A stretch of DNA of 64,000 nt from Octopus sinensis (lineage: Eukaryota): positions 20,460,001 to 20,524,000 of the forward strand of contig NC_043004.1 of NCBI RefSeq assembly GCF_006345805.1, written 5' to 3'. This document shows, piece after piece, positions 50,841-64,000 of this stretch. The notes under the pieces were generated by a model. The model was given only the letters and a program-made list of their open reading frames with translations, was not told the DNA's origin and made no database searches. How positions within the stretch are numbered: the stretch's first letter is position 1; each line of letters opens with the position of its first letter. A program made the position numbers and the translations under genes.

Positions 50841-52179
50841 TATGCATGCACAAATGTAGGCATACAAACATGCACTCTTACACACACAACACACACACAC
50901 ACACACATTTAGGCATACTCATCCACACTTATCATACACACGCATTTAGGTGTATCCCCCACAGACACACATAGTTGAGAAAAGTGGAGACAGTGAGATA
51001 GAATAGCCTTGGGTTATAGTAGTAGTGATAACAAGAGCACACACAGAGAGTGCAAATCTCTGCCAAGGCATCACCAACGTCCTCTCAACAATTAGCCAGA
51101 GATGACTTTTAAAATGAAAATACGTGAAATAAACTTGACTGCTCTCACTAACAAGAATACTAAAAGTAAACCTGACCACTCTCAAAAATTAAGTAAAAAC
51201 CAAGAAAAATAATCCAGAATCCTTGTCCAGATCGATCCCAAGTCTACCCAGTTTGTGCCAGTCACGAGGCCAAACATCCATGAAAGTTTCATCTGAATCC
51301 ATCCAGTGGTTCTTGAGATATCTTGTTCATGGACAAACAAACATGACTGAAAACAAAACCTCCTCCTTAGAGAAGGCAGAGGTAATAACTACAGTCACTT
51401 GCATTTTTCAATGAATAAAAGTATGATAGTAGAACTATCTGTTTATTATGGTCCAAAGAGTTCCAGTTTGGCAGATATGGCATTTAGTTTTCAGAAATAA
51501 AAACCATTCTAATTGTCCAACTACACAAATACATACACATCTAACTATGCCCAAACACACACACATGCACACATACACACACTCACGTATGCATAGATAT
51601 CTTCACACTTACATGCATATGCACATGAGTGCATTCACACACCTCATTACTATATAAAATCAGTTATATACACATGCACACCCACATATATGTACCCACA
51701 CACTCATATGCATAAGCAGGCATTTTGCTTGGTGGCCTCTCTCCCTTCAAATGTGATTTCATACACTTTCAGACTCCTATCATTGTATGCCTTTCTTTAG
51801 CACATTTATGTATGTTAGATTCCACAAGTGTAACAGTAAGATATTAAATGGTGTTATGGTGGTATGTATCACACACACACACTGCAGGCAGTCTGAGCTA
51901 TACCACAAACAGCCATTTAACACCCAGTGTATATTCATGCAGGAGCATAGAATATTATATGGTCCCTCCATACAGTATTGATCCAGGCAGTGATGATTGG
52001 GAACAGCTGAAGCCCAATATGGTTGGTGTGTTAAGAATTATGGGCTAGATGTTATACAGTGTAATAAGGGCAATGGTAGTAACTAATATTCCACAGTATT
52101 ACTTTTGTTACAAGCATAGCTCAAATATATACAGTTGGTGGGTAGGATGACAGATTGATGAGAATAATCTATAGGAAGG

Positions 52180-52590
52180 GGTTTGTGTAGTAAGTAGCTT
52201 GCTAACCAGCCACATGGTTCCGGGTTCAGTCCCACTGCGTGGCATCTTGGGCAAGTGTCTTCTGCTATAGCCCCAGGCCGACCAATGCCTTGTGAGTAGA
52301 TTTGGTAGACAGAAACTGAAAGAAGCCTGTCGTATATATGTATATATGTATATGTGTGTGCGTGTGTTTGTGTGTCTGTGTTTGTCCCCCGTCCACCAAC
52401 ATCACTTGACAACCGATGCTGGTGTGTTTATGTTCCTGTCACTTAGTGGTTCGGCAAAAGAGACCGATAGAATAAGTACTGGGCTAACAAAGAATAAGTC
52501 CCGGGGTCGATTTGCTCAACTAAAGGCGGTGCTCCAGCATGGCCGCAGTCAAATGACTGAAACAAGTAAAAGAGTAAAAGAGTAAAAGAG
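52180..52590 (+). mobile_element. SINE family A (young-looking)
   Basis: CpG-rich copy with (agtaaaag)n tail. Confidence 0.88.
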
Positions 52591-52604
52591 TAGTATAATA
52601 TATA

Positions 52605-52833
52605 TATTTCTTTACTGCCCAGAAGGGGCTAAATATAGAGGGGACAAACAAGGACAGACGAAGGGATTGAGTCGATTATATCGACCCCAGTGCAAAACTG
52701 GTACTTTATTTATCGACCCCGAAAGGATGAAAGGCAAACTTGACCTCGGCGGAATTTGAACTCAGAACGTAACGACAGACGAAATACCGCCAAGCATTTC
52801 GCCCGGTGCGCTAACGTGTCTGCCAGCTCGCCG
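52605..52833 (-). mobile_element. SINE family C with 14-bp target-site duplication
   Basis: tagtataatatata at 52591-52604 and 52838-52851. Confidence 0.88.
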
Positions 52834-54111
52834 CACATAGTATAATATATACCGCATATAGTATAGTATAATATATACAAAGAAGAAAGTAGTAGCTAAT
52901 ACTATGGTGTCCATCTGCATTGTTCCTGTTAACAAGTACATTTCATATCTGAGGTTATTGCCGATATTGTAAGTGGCAGAGAGTCAATCTCTTCCTGTTT
53001 GAATAGTAAATCCTTAAGCTCATGTTTACACAAGTGAGTGTAGTTGTGTATGCAAATCTAGTGATATTAGTTCTATTGTGTTCACAAATATTTCTGTACT
53101 TTTTGTTTTATAGATTAAGAATAAATATATATTAAGTTGAAATCTTTATTTCCTCACTTGTTAGGTTCTGAAAAAGGACCAGTGCTCATGCCCTTTGCAG
53201 GCCTTTCTAGACTGATAAGATTGATGCCATTAATGTTTCTCTTAGACATTTGTAAGTCAACACTTGTAGGAAAGATATGTGTCTGCATGCACAAGTATGA
53301 ATAAGTCTATAGTCCCATGTATAAACCATGAGCAATGAAAGAGAAATTACAATTATCTAAGTTAGTGTATCATTGTATGTAGATGGGTGTATCTATATTA
53401 GTATATCTGAGGAACATTGTATTTCAGTTTGATTTTCATAAGGGAGTTTTTTGGATATATTGTATTAAGATTTTGAGTGAGAAAATATAAATGTTAGACC
53501 TAGGCAGAGTCAACTGGGTAACAAAACTGACTGAACTTTTACTGAAGCAGAGATAAAAAAAGTGGAATAAAATGAGTCAGTGATCTTTTGTAGTAACAAG
53601 ATGGGGAGATGGAAAGAAGTTATCTTTATATCAGAAACTTGCCTAGGATGTTTGAAACAGAGCGATCACTGCTAAAATAATCTAAGGGACAGTTGATGGA
53701 TTTTCAATGGGGTGATAGATTAAAGCTGCCACACTGCAACAGGTACAGTTCTATTTGATTGACCTGAAGTCATTCGATCAAACCATCAAATCTAACTCAA
53801 GGCAACAAGATTATAAAGTGAATTTCTTAACATCTTAACCATATATGCATACCTAGATTTTTGGACTGATTTCTATTGGAGTAAAATATGCCCAGTTCAA
53901 AGGAAATAATTATTTTAAGCAGCTTCTTGTACAAAATAAACTTTAGAACTTCAGCCATCACTTGCAAGTTAGTTTGACCAGTAGCTTGTACCAGATTTTT
54001 AGGAATTGCTTTAGGTGTCTATGTAGTCATGAGGAGATATAGACACTCTCTCAACCCTTCCAATTCTGTTCAGCAGGAAATTGCAGATGAAATAGCTGGA
54101 GAAAGAATACT

Positions 54112-54167
54112 GCATCTGAAGGTGGTTGCTGTTCATTTGCATCTGAAGGTGGTTGCTGTTCATTTGC
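54112..54167. repeat. 27-bp tandem duplication
   Basis: tgcatctgaaggtggttgctgttcatt x2. Confidence 0.9.
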
Positions 54168-54294
54168 AGCTGATTAGATTGGAGGAACATGAGATGATGT
54201 GCCTTGCTCAAGGACATAATATGTCAACAGTGTCAGGAACAAAATTCACAATTTTATGATCATGAACCCAACACATTAACCAATTGATCCTTTT

Positions 54295-54498
54295 ACTTTT
54301 AACTTGTTCAATCATTGGAATGCAGCCATACTGGGGCACTGTCTTGAGGAAGTTTAGTCAAATGATACAACTCCAGTACTTAATACTTTTTTAAGCCTGG
54401 TACTTATTATATCAGCCTCTTTTGCCAAACCACCAAGTTGTGGGGACATAAACACACCAACACCAATTGTCAAGTATTGGTGTGGGACAAACACAAAG

Positions 54499-54532
<34 letters not shown>

Positions 54533-54690
54533 ATATACAATGAGCTTCTTGCAGTTTCCATCTATCAAATCCATTCACAAGGCTTTGGCTGACTTGCGGC
54601 TATGTAGAACACACTTGTCCAAGGTACCACACAGTGGGACTGAACCCAGAACCATGTGGTTGAGAAGCCAGCTTCTTACCACATAGCCGA
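54295..54690 (-). mobile_element. SINE family A
   Basis: Head, body and tail match. Confidence 0.8.
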
Positions 54691-55751
54691 ACCCACACAT
54701 CTTAAGAAAGCATCAACTACATAATATAATCAACTTTTTGTTCAAATGAGAAGTAGTTATTAAATTTAATACCTTTTTCATAACTTAAGAATTGATATCA
54801 CTCATGTGACAAGAAATAGCAAATTGAATATTCTAAACCCAGAGGAAAATTAAGAAAATTTAAAATTTTGTGACTATAAAGGAAATTAAGTTAAAGACTT
54901 TGGAACTGAAATTGACTCTAAATCAATTTCATCTTCATTAACATCAGCAGTAGCCTTAGTGACAACAGCATCCTTATTTTCCTCATCACCACCCATTATC
55001 TCCCATTTCTTTCCACTGTTAGGAGTAGCAACACCATTCTCTCTAGCTAACCATTACAGACATTTTAAAATGCTTAGGAGAGAGAATATACTGCATAATA
55101 TTATTAGAATCTCCCTTATCTGAGATATTGAAGATTTGACAAATAAAAGGAAGATAATGATGACAACCATGAAGATAAAGATATTGACGATGATGGTGGT
55201 GACAGCAACTAAGATAGTGAAGATGATGGACTTTCCAAGGAGAAAAGGATAACAAATTTCAAATTATTATAAAAATCTTTTAATGGCTTCATAATAATTT
55301 ACAGTTTTGGATGGATGATTATTTTCCTGTAGCTAAGATAAAGTATATTGAAAGGAAAAACAATCTCACCATACATAAATACCCACATAGATACATCCAC
55401 TCACACACACACACGCATACACGCACACAACTGCCAGTTGTAGGTTTTATAAATTAGCTTCTCCTCAACCAGATCTTATATTAACAAACTCATTAACTCC
55501 GAAGAGATCATGGTAATCAAAACACCTCTATAAAGCTATAATCTATGGTTTAAATGAATCAATATATTTCACTCAACATTCTGAATTTAGTAAATTAATT
55601 AGGTTGTGCTTGCTCCCAAATGAGCATATCTTAAGAAAACATATATATATATATATATCTACTATATATATGTGTATATGTATATATATATATATGGTGT
55701 GTGTGTGTATGTATATCTATCTATCTATATATATAAATATATATATATATA

Positions 55752-55858
<107 letters not shown>

Positions 55859-56140
55859 CATATATAAGTAAATTTAAATAGTTGTTAAAATAACCATCTT
55901 AAGGGATAGAAAATATCCAAAGAATTACTGATTTTTTACCTATTATTTTGTTGTGAATATTAATATCCCTAAAGATAATAGTTTTAAATATAAAACTTGG
56001 TTTATAATATTCAAATTAAAATCTGTTGAATTTTTGCAGTTAATAAATTATATTAAACATATTAATTCTACTTCTCCATTTTCTGGATTTTAATTTGAGT
56101 ATATATATATATATATATATATGTTCTCTCTCTCTTTAGT

Positions 56141-57732
56141 CTTTTACTTGTTTCAGTCATTTGACTGCGGCCATGCTGGAGCACCACCTTTAGTCGGGCA
56201 AATCGACCCCACGCCTTATTCTTTGTAAGCCTAGTACTTATTTTATTAGTCTCCTTTGCCAAACCACTAAGTTACAGGGATGTAAACACACCAACATGAG
56301 TTGTTGTGCCATGGTGGGGGAACAAACACAGACACACAAATATACACACACATACATATACATATATACAATGGGCTTCTTTCAGTTTCTGTCTACCAAA
56401 TCCACTCACAAGGCTTTGGTCGGCCCGAGGCTATAGTAGAAGACACTTGCCCAAGGTGCCATGCAGTGGGACTGAACCCGGAACCATGTTATTGGCAATC
56501 AAGCTACTTACCACACAGCCACCCCTACACCTTTGAGTATATATATATAATGTTTGTTTTGAGAAGGTAATGAAATTTCAAATAATCATAAAAATAGAAA
56601 AGTAAATAACAAAATAGGTTTATCAAAAAAATTGGCTTTGGAAGAAGAGATGTGTACTAAGATAGAACCATTTTCTAAAGAATGATAGGTTGGTACATGT
56701 GGCTTTGCTTGTTACTATTTGTATTCTGGCTTCACAGACCCCAGTTGAACCGTCCAACCCATGCTAGCATGGAAAACGGACGCTAAACGATGATGATGAT
56801 ATAAATCTTCTTGAAAATATGCTGCCATCCCTCAAAAGCAGCATTCCATGAAATTCCAACAATCCATTTCTGTCTTTGTCTTTTCATCATTTATTTTATT
56901 TTATTTACTCATTTATTCTGTTACTCTTTTACTCTCTTTTACTTGTTTCAGTCATTTGACTGCGGCCATGCTGGAGCACCACCTTTAGTCGGGCAAATCG
57001 ACCCCACGCCTTATTCTTTGTAAGCCTAGTACTTATTTTATTAGTCTCCTTTGCCAAACCACTAAGTTACAGGGATGTAAACACACCAACATGAGTTGTT
57101 GTGCCATGGTGGGGGAACAAACACAGACACACAAATATATACACACACATACATATACATATATACAATGGGCTTCTTTCAGTTTCTGTCTACCAAATCC
57201 ACTCACAAGGCTTTGGTCGGCCCGAGGCTATAGTAGAAGACACTTGCCCAAGGTGCCATGCAGTGGGACTGAACCCGGAACCATGTTATTGGCAATCAAG
57301 CTACTTACCACACAGCCACCCCTACACCTTTGAGTATATATATATAATGTTTGTTTTGAGAAGGTAATGAAATTTCAAATAATCATAAAAATAGAAAAGT
57401 AAATAACAAAATAGGTTTATCAAAAAAATTGGCTTTGGAAGAAGAGATGTGTACTAAGATAGAACCATTTTCTAAAGAATGATAGGTTGGTACATGTGGC
57501 TTTGCTTGTTACTATTTGTATTCTGGCTTCACAGACCCCAGTTGAACCGTCCAACCCATGCTAGCATGGAAAACGGACGCTAAACGATGATGATGATATA
57601 AATCTTCTTGAAAATATGCTGCCATCCCTCAAAAGCAGCATTCCATGAAATTCCAACAATCCATTTCTGTCTTTGTCTTTTCATCATTTATTTTATTTTA
57701 TTTACTCATTTATTCTGTTACTCTTTTACTCT
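56141..57732. repeat. Near-identical 795/797-bp tandem duplication (SINE A + spacer + family D fragment)
   Basis: cttttacttgtttcagtcatttgactg at 56141, 56936 and 57733; the copies differ by one TA unit as far as I can see. Confidence 0.93.
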
Positions 57733-58340
57733 CTTTTACTTGTTTCAGTCATTTGACTGTGGCCATGCTGGAGCACCACCTTCAGTCGAGCAAATTGACC
57801 CCAGGACTTATTCTTAGTAAGCCTAGTACTTATTCTATCAGTCGCTTTTGCTGAACCACTAAGTTATGGGGATGTAAACACACCAGCATTGGTTGTCAAG
57901 CAATGTTGGGGAGAGAAACAGACACACAGACATAGACACACATGCATACATACATACATACATATATATCATCATCATCATCATCATCATCGTTTAGCGT
58001 CCGTTTTCCATGCTAGCATGGGTTGGACGGGTCAACTGGGGTCTGTGAAGCTGGAAGGCTTCGTCAGGCCCAGTCAGATCTGGCAGTGTTTCTACGGCTG
58101 GATGCCCTTCCTAACGCCAACCACTCCGCGAGTGGTATATATATATACACATATATACACATATATATACATACATACATATATACGATGGGCTTCTTTC
58201 AGTTTCCGTCTAACAAATTCACTCACAAGGCTTTGCTTGGCCCAAGGCTATAGTAGAAGACACTTGCCAAAGTTGCCATGCAGTGGGACTGAACCTGGAA
58301 CTATGTGGCTGGTAAGCAAGCTACTTACCACACACAGCCA
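57715..58340 (-). mobile_element. SINE family A with nested family D 3' fragment (about 57968-58135)
   Basis: The family D sequence with its (CAT)n end sits inside the SINE's internal microsatellite. Confidence 0.85.
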
Positions 58341-58799
58341 CTCCTACGCTTATTTATCTAAATTAAAAGTTAACCTAACTTTCTTCGGAAAATATTTCTT
58401 AGAGACCATATTTTTCTTGAAAGCCAATTTATTTTATTTTTTACTTTTATATTTTCTGATTATTTAACAGTGGAGAGGGACAATCTCCTAATGGAATGTC
58501 TCTTCTAGGAAATACCATGCATTGCTGCTTCTGTGATCTCCACCACTTATTTAGAGAATATCAACCTCCCAATTTTCGGCTTTCTGATGAAGTCAGCTGT
58601 GAACAGGAAAGAGTTGTTAAACATGGCCTTCCTTTACCTTACTTTCTTTCTCTCTCTCTCACTCTCTCTTTCTCTCTCTCTCCCTCTTTCTCTCTGCAAA
58701 AACTGAGGAGGTTTTTTTGTATCTCCATGCTAAGTTGGTTTAAAGGCACTTTTTTCTGCTTCTTCCCACCTTTTCTTTTGCTATTTGATGTTGCCTCCC

Positions 58800-59400
58800 A
58801 CTAGAGCCATTCTGCTTGTTGCATTTGCTTCCTTCATGCCAAAGGTACCTTGGCATGCCTTATATGCTACTTACACTATGGTTCTTGCCTTCCTGGTAAT
58901 GCCACATTTCAGAATGTTATCCAGGATAATGTTTAAGTCCTTGTCCAACTAGGCCCATCTCAGATCTATTTCTGGTGGCAAATTCAGCTTTGGTTCTTCT
59001 CAAATCTCTCAGGTTGTTCTCATTCCTCTATTGTTGTACATTGAGCAAGTTGAGCAGAGAGGCCCTGAGCACTGTGGTTTTCCTCCTGGCCCTAGCCCTT
59101 CTCTGACTAACAAGCAGTGCTGATACTCTCAAAACTAGCCCCTGAGTACTGTCAGATGCTTTATGTTGTTCTGGGTACTCTTTGCAGTTTGATTTGCTCT
59201 GATGTATCTTCATGCCTGTTCACTCCTAAATACTCTACAACAGCCATTGCAACTTCTTTTGGTTTCACCTCCTTTCTTGTTGACTCCAACCTCATATTCC
59301 AAAAATTCCTATCCAAGGCTTTATCTGTGTGTTCCATCTTGTTTGGCAAAATTATCCTCTCCACCCTCCTCGGTCAGCATGGATATATTCTTTCTGGTCC
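58800..59400 (-). mobile_element. Possible L1/Tx1-type ORF2 fragment
   Basis: Partly open coding-like frames (LVLRVSALLVSQRRARARRKTTVLRASLLNLLNVQQ*RNENNLRDLRRTKAEF) resembling an EN-RT linker; no diagnostic motif. Confidence 0.3.
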
Positions 59401-59621
59401 TTAGTTGCAGTGAGGATTGTTGGTGCAGTACTTTGGGGTGCTAGCCTTAACACTGTTGTGCACTGTTTTTCTATAATTAAATTTTATATTATACACTTTA
59501 TTGTGTTATGCACATGATCTTCCTGTCTGTGGAAAAATTGTCATGCATGAAACTGGTCTTTGGTGCAAAAACATTTGGGGATTGTTTATATATGTGATGT
59601 TGGTCCCTCATTTCTTGAAAT

Positions 59622-60194
59622 TTAGGGGGTTCTCAACCATTTTTTATCTATGGACCCTTTGGTTACTATTTTATTCTGGTAGACTTCTGTAGCCAGTCGA
59701 TGTTTAAAATAAAATTTTATAGAAACTCCTTTCAAAATTCCTGTTTTGTTTTTCATGCATTAACCAGTGTAGGTTAAACTTTGTAAAGATTATGAGAAAG
59801 AAACCTAGTTGTTTCTTGCAATGCATACTAATACATACAACATTATACCCATCATTGGTCAGGTGGTTTGACATGGAGCTGGCTAGTAGGGAGCTGTCTA
59901 AACTTCAACTCTCTGTTGTTGCATGGTTTCTCTGGCTGGATGCCCCTCCTAATGACAACCACTTAGCAAAGTGTGCTGGGTTCTTTGTACATGCCACTGG
60001 CATGGGTGCATTAATGCAGCACTGGCATGAGTGCTTTTTAAGTGGCACCAGCACCTGAAAGGATAAACCTTTAGGTGTGGAAGAAAGGGATTTTATTAGC
60101 TTGACAAAGAAGAATTTCTTCAGGGTCTCTTAAAATGCAATTGTAGATCCCCAATTTAAAATTTTGTTGTATGGACCCCAGTTGAGAACTAGTG
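59622..60194. mobile_element. hAT-type MITE with internal family D insertion
   Basis: tagggggttctcaac / gttgagaactagtg ends; TSD not exact. Confidence 0.55.
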
Positions 60195-60944
60195 TCCTAA
60201 ATGATATCATTGAAGTCTTTTTTATGCAGTATTTCATTGAGAACCACTCAAGCATTTAAAATTTTTTTAATTCTTGATTAGCCCCAGATCAGTCCTGATT
60301 TAGCTAACCTCTAATCAATTACACTCTACCCACCAACTGTCCATCACATATATTATGTGGTTGTTGTTGCTATTAATAAGTGAAAATAAACTTATAGACA
60401 ACCATATTCCAGATGTGTCTATAATTTTCTTTTTAGTCGGTAGATAAGACTGCATTATATTATCCAGTGTTTCTTTACCCTGTTAAGATTGTAAAAAAAT
60501 GACTTGAGAGAGACTGACTGCCATTTTTAACATGATGAAGCATCATGTCGCGGCTCCCTAAGAATGGCTTCTTCAGGAAGTCTTCACCAATAAGGCAGAA
60601 AATTTTTCAAAAAATAAACGAGCAGTTTCTTTGTGGTTGTCAGCCACTAACTACCTTATTTGTAATGATCAGTGATTTTTACTTTGGTTCCTCTTGATAA
60701 TACATCCTAACAAGCAACAAATCAGATTTTATATCAACAAATATGTTTGAGAATTCCAAAATGTTTATTTTTGATTGTGTCACTGAAGAATTTTATTGCA
60801 ATTCATCTTCCTTTGTTATGTTCCTGCAATGTTTTCATTCAGCCGGAAAAAAATTGTTGTTTATTGGATATTTTTCATTTTTATCCTACTACTATTTAAT
60901 TCCATACATAACTTTTTGTTGTGAATTATAATTTTTATAGATAT

Positions 60945-60982
60945 TTATTATTATTATAATTATTATTATTATTATTATTATA

Positions 60983-61036
<54 letters not shown>
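60945..61036. repeat. (ATT)n trinucleotide tract
   Basis: Seen directly. Confidence 0.92.
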
Positions 61037-63039
61037 TAGTGTTCTTTCACTTCAGTATTCTACTTGTCAAAAAGGAATATAGGAAAAAGTGTTTTTTAAA
61101 GAAAATAAATTTTGTATGACAGTGTTGAGAAGACCTCTAATGTTCTAAAACAGAAAAGTGATAGATATGGTTTGACAGAAGTGACATTTAATAATAAATA
61201 TAGCTTGAACATAAAGCAATCTGTTTGGACAAAAAAAGATTCACATGGTCAATATTTTAACTATTATTCAATGATGTATGCAACAAATAAAGTCACACAT
61301 TCCTCGCTTATTTACTAAACTACTAAATCAACATCTAACAATCTATTTGTTATACAGAAAATGTATATGATGACCTCCTCACATCTGACACAACGATAAA
61401 AAGAATTAAGTGAAAATAATTAATATTTTTTCTGACCTTTCTTGGCTCTAGCCAAACCATAAATCTCTGATTAATTCTTCATGAAAATCTATTTTAAATT
61501 TCTTTCTAGATTAATATTTAAGAGCCAACAGTATGGATGTCTGACAGTTTTTGTCTTTATTGGATCTTATTTTAGCTTCAGAGCTAACTTGTCATATTGT
61601 CAGGTCAGCAACTATATTAGTAACTCCACCAAGCTTGCTTGGTGAGGAGGGTAATTTATTGGATACATAGCAGGATGAAAATAAACAACCTTTCTAAGGG
61701 TGGATGAGTCAACAGCCACCCAATAATGTGTGCAGGTGCATATCATAGTGGTTAGGCTGTTGCGCTCAATCTTGAGATACTGGTTCCAATTCCCAGGCCA
61801 ACTGTACATTATGTCTTTGAGCATTACAAGTCCACTCAACTGTAGATGGTTAACCTTGTGACAAATTGGTGTACAAGAGATGGCAACTCAGTAAAATCCC
61901 CTAAAATGGAAGTCTTGTGAAACTGTTTTGTATTAAGCAATCAAAAAATGTGTAGTACAACCCATATTGTGAATCCAGGCTGGCAGGGATTGGTTATTCA
62001 ACCCTAACAAAGAATGAGCTACAGAGCACTTAAGGCCATGTACATGTTATCTCTCTTTCTCAAACCATAAATCGATGTAGATTCTTAAAATTAGTAATTT
62101 AATTTTTGGGTCTGCACGAAAGGGGGTGTATGCCTGACATTCATAGGTCCACAGAGACTAGTTGTTGAGATGGCATAAAGAAGTTCCCCAGCACCTTAGA
62201 GGATTGGGTATCAGATATAACTCTGTTGATGACAGAAGAGACAGATAAAGGAGGTAACATATCTGTGTATTAGGGAGGTTTGTCTGTGTTGCAAATAACT
62301 TCATACCTGTCAGTTTAGTGACTTTAGTGGTGGAAAATGTATGTGTGGTAAAAAAACGGAGAGAGATAGAGAAACAGAGAGCTGGTAATGTTGCTGCTTG
62401 ATTGTCATACATTATTGCTATATTTAATTGTTGACAATAAAAATATTAAAATTTAGAAACAATTCTTTAGCTCCTTCAACATAACTTTACTGTGCAAAAA
62501 AAATATAAAGAAATCCAGTGTGTTATGAAAAGACACTAATTCTACTTTCTAATTGAATGCATAGAATTAAATATAGCATATCAGGTATATTCATACTTAT
62601 TCCCACACACACACATATATATATATAACAAAATACTAATTTTCCCATTGATTTTCATGTTATGAAGTGAGATGCATTCTGACAGATCTTTTTCAGAAAA
62701 AGAAAAGAAAAAACAACACAGCTAATTTTTTTAGAAAAATAACAATTTCTAAACATACTCTGTACAGTATGCATATATAAAAGAATTTAACAAGAATACA
62801 TTTTCAAAACAAATTAGACTTGCAATATTGTAACAAGGTATGTTGTAATCACAGAAGTTGTTGCCTCTTATGTAAGGGATGGTGTTGGAATGAGAGGATG
62901 TGGGACACTATCTTTTATTTTATATTTCATTATCATCAACATCTGTTTGATGTTTAAAGTGCATCATATCTTTGTCTAGCTCTGTGTAGGAACTGAACTC
63001 TCTGCTAATTTCTATGTTATATTTACAATAAAGGTCATT

Positions 63040-64000
63040 ATCAAAATAACGTAAGTTGCCAGCTTTCTTCTACATAGATCAACATTTTAGCAATATTTGT
63101 TGCAGTTAATTTAAGTAGAGTCAGTGGAATTTCTGTATTCTCATCTCTTTCCTCTGCTTGATCTTGTTCTAACAGCATCAACTCCTGAGTAGATAATGCT
63201 TCTCTATTAGTCGTTAGCAAACTCAACCACCATCCACTATGACTTCTTCAAACCTTGTACCCCTTACAAATGTCACAAAATCTTTCTGAATTTGATATAG
63301 AATTTCTTTTTGTTGAAAGCTTGTAAGGTCATAGATATAGTCAGGCCATACAGTTTTGTAAGCACCATTTAAAGTTAGGGAATTCACTTCATTCCATGAC
63401 TGATGTATGACAGCTACAGTAGCCATTATGTTCAATTTCTTCCTTAAGAATCTAATTGCAAGTTTATCCTTCCTGTCAATTACTTTCCTAAATTGTTTGA
63501 AAGTTTTTAAATAACTTGCCTTCAAATTATCCGTCATCCTTGATCCATTGGTTGAAGTTGTATTTTAGAGGTTTATTCTACTCTCCCATTATCAGAAAGC
63601 TCATTTAAATCTATTTGGTAGTTTGGTGTATTGTCTAAAGAGAACAATGCTTTGTTGGAAATATTATGTCTGTACATTTCAACAACAGGATGAAAAAATG
63701 CTTGTAAACTTCAAATAGGTTGCTAATCATCCATACCTTCTTATTTGAACGCCAAATCAGGTAGATTAAACTTTGCATAATCCTTGAAAGCTCTTGAATT
63801 TTCAGAGTTATGCATGAGTAGGGCTTTCAATTTCATATCACCAGCAACATTTCCTCCCAGAACAGAAAATTTAAATGCTGTTGTTGATATTTCTTCTTGA
63901 GATGTTTCATATTCAGTTTCCCATTAGCCCTATAAAAATAAGGTCCTAGCAGTTAACAGAATAACTTCTTGAACACTTGACTTAATTTTCTCTCTATTGC
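63040..64000 (-). mobile_element. Tigger/pogo transposase relic, runs off the window
   Basis: LGGNVAGDMKLKALLMHNSENSRAFK, IWRSNKKVWM, YKTVWPD, LSTQELMLLE; frameshifted. Confidence 0.85.

Noticed and set aside
55130-55250. Acidic D/E-rich reading frame
   Set aside because: Interrupted by a stop; low-complexity (GAT)n-like sequence with no diagnostic motif

Overview
AT-rich, microsatellite-dense eukaryotic non-coding DNA. The tRNA-headed SINE families, RTE/CR1/R4 LINE relics and very long (TA)n/(CA)n tracts are most consistent with an octopus (coleoid cephalopod) genome; this is inferred from recognition of the repeats, not from a search. I could not confidently identify any host-gene exon, rRNA, tRNA gene or CRISPR array, and almost all listed ORFs are microsatellite or SINE artefacts. 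SINE family labels A-D below are my own. The main signal is a concentration of Penelope-like element (PLE, GIY-YIG endonuclease) ends between about 14 and 33.5 kb. Several form head-to-head fold-back palindromes of very different sizes: arms of 44 bp, about 260 bp, about 390-450 bp and about 1.03 kb. Five apparently unrelated PLE-type repeats carry type-I hammerhead ribozyme (HHR) folds, four with a self-complementary stem III and the fifth one substitution from it. One is a non-coding 353-bp HHR-bearing unit in partial tandem, resembling a retrozyme. Also present: two internally deleted mariners, Tigger/pogo relics, piggyBac and hAT MITEs, a 121-bp higher-order tandem repeat and a SINE-mediated 795-bp tandem duplication.
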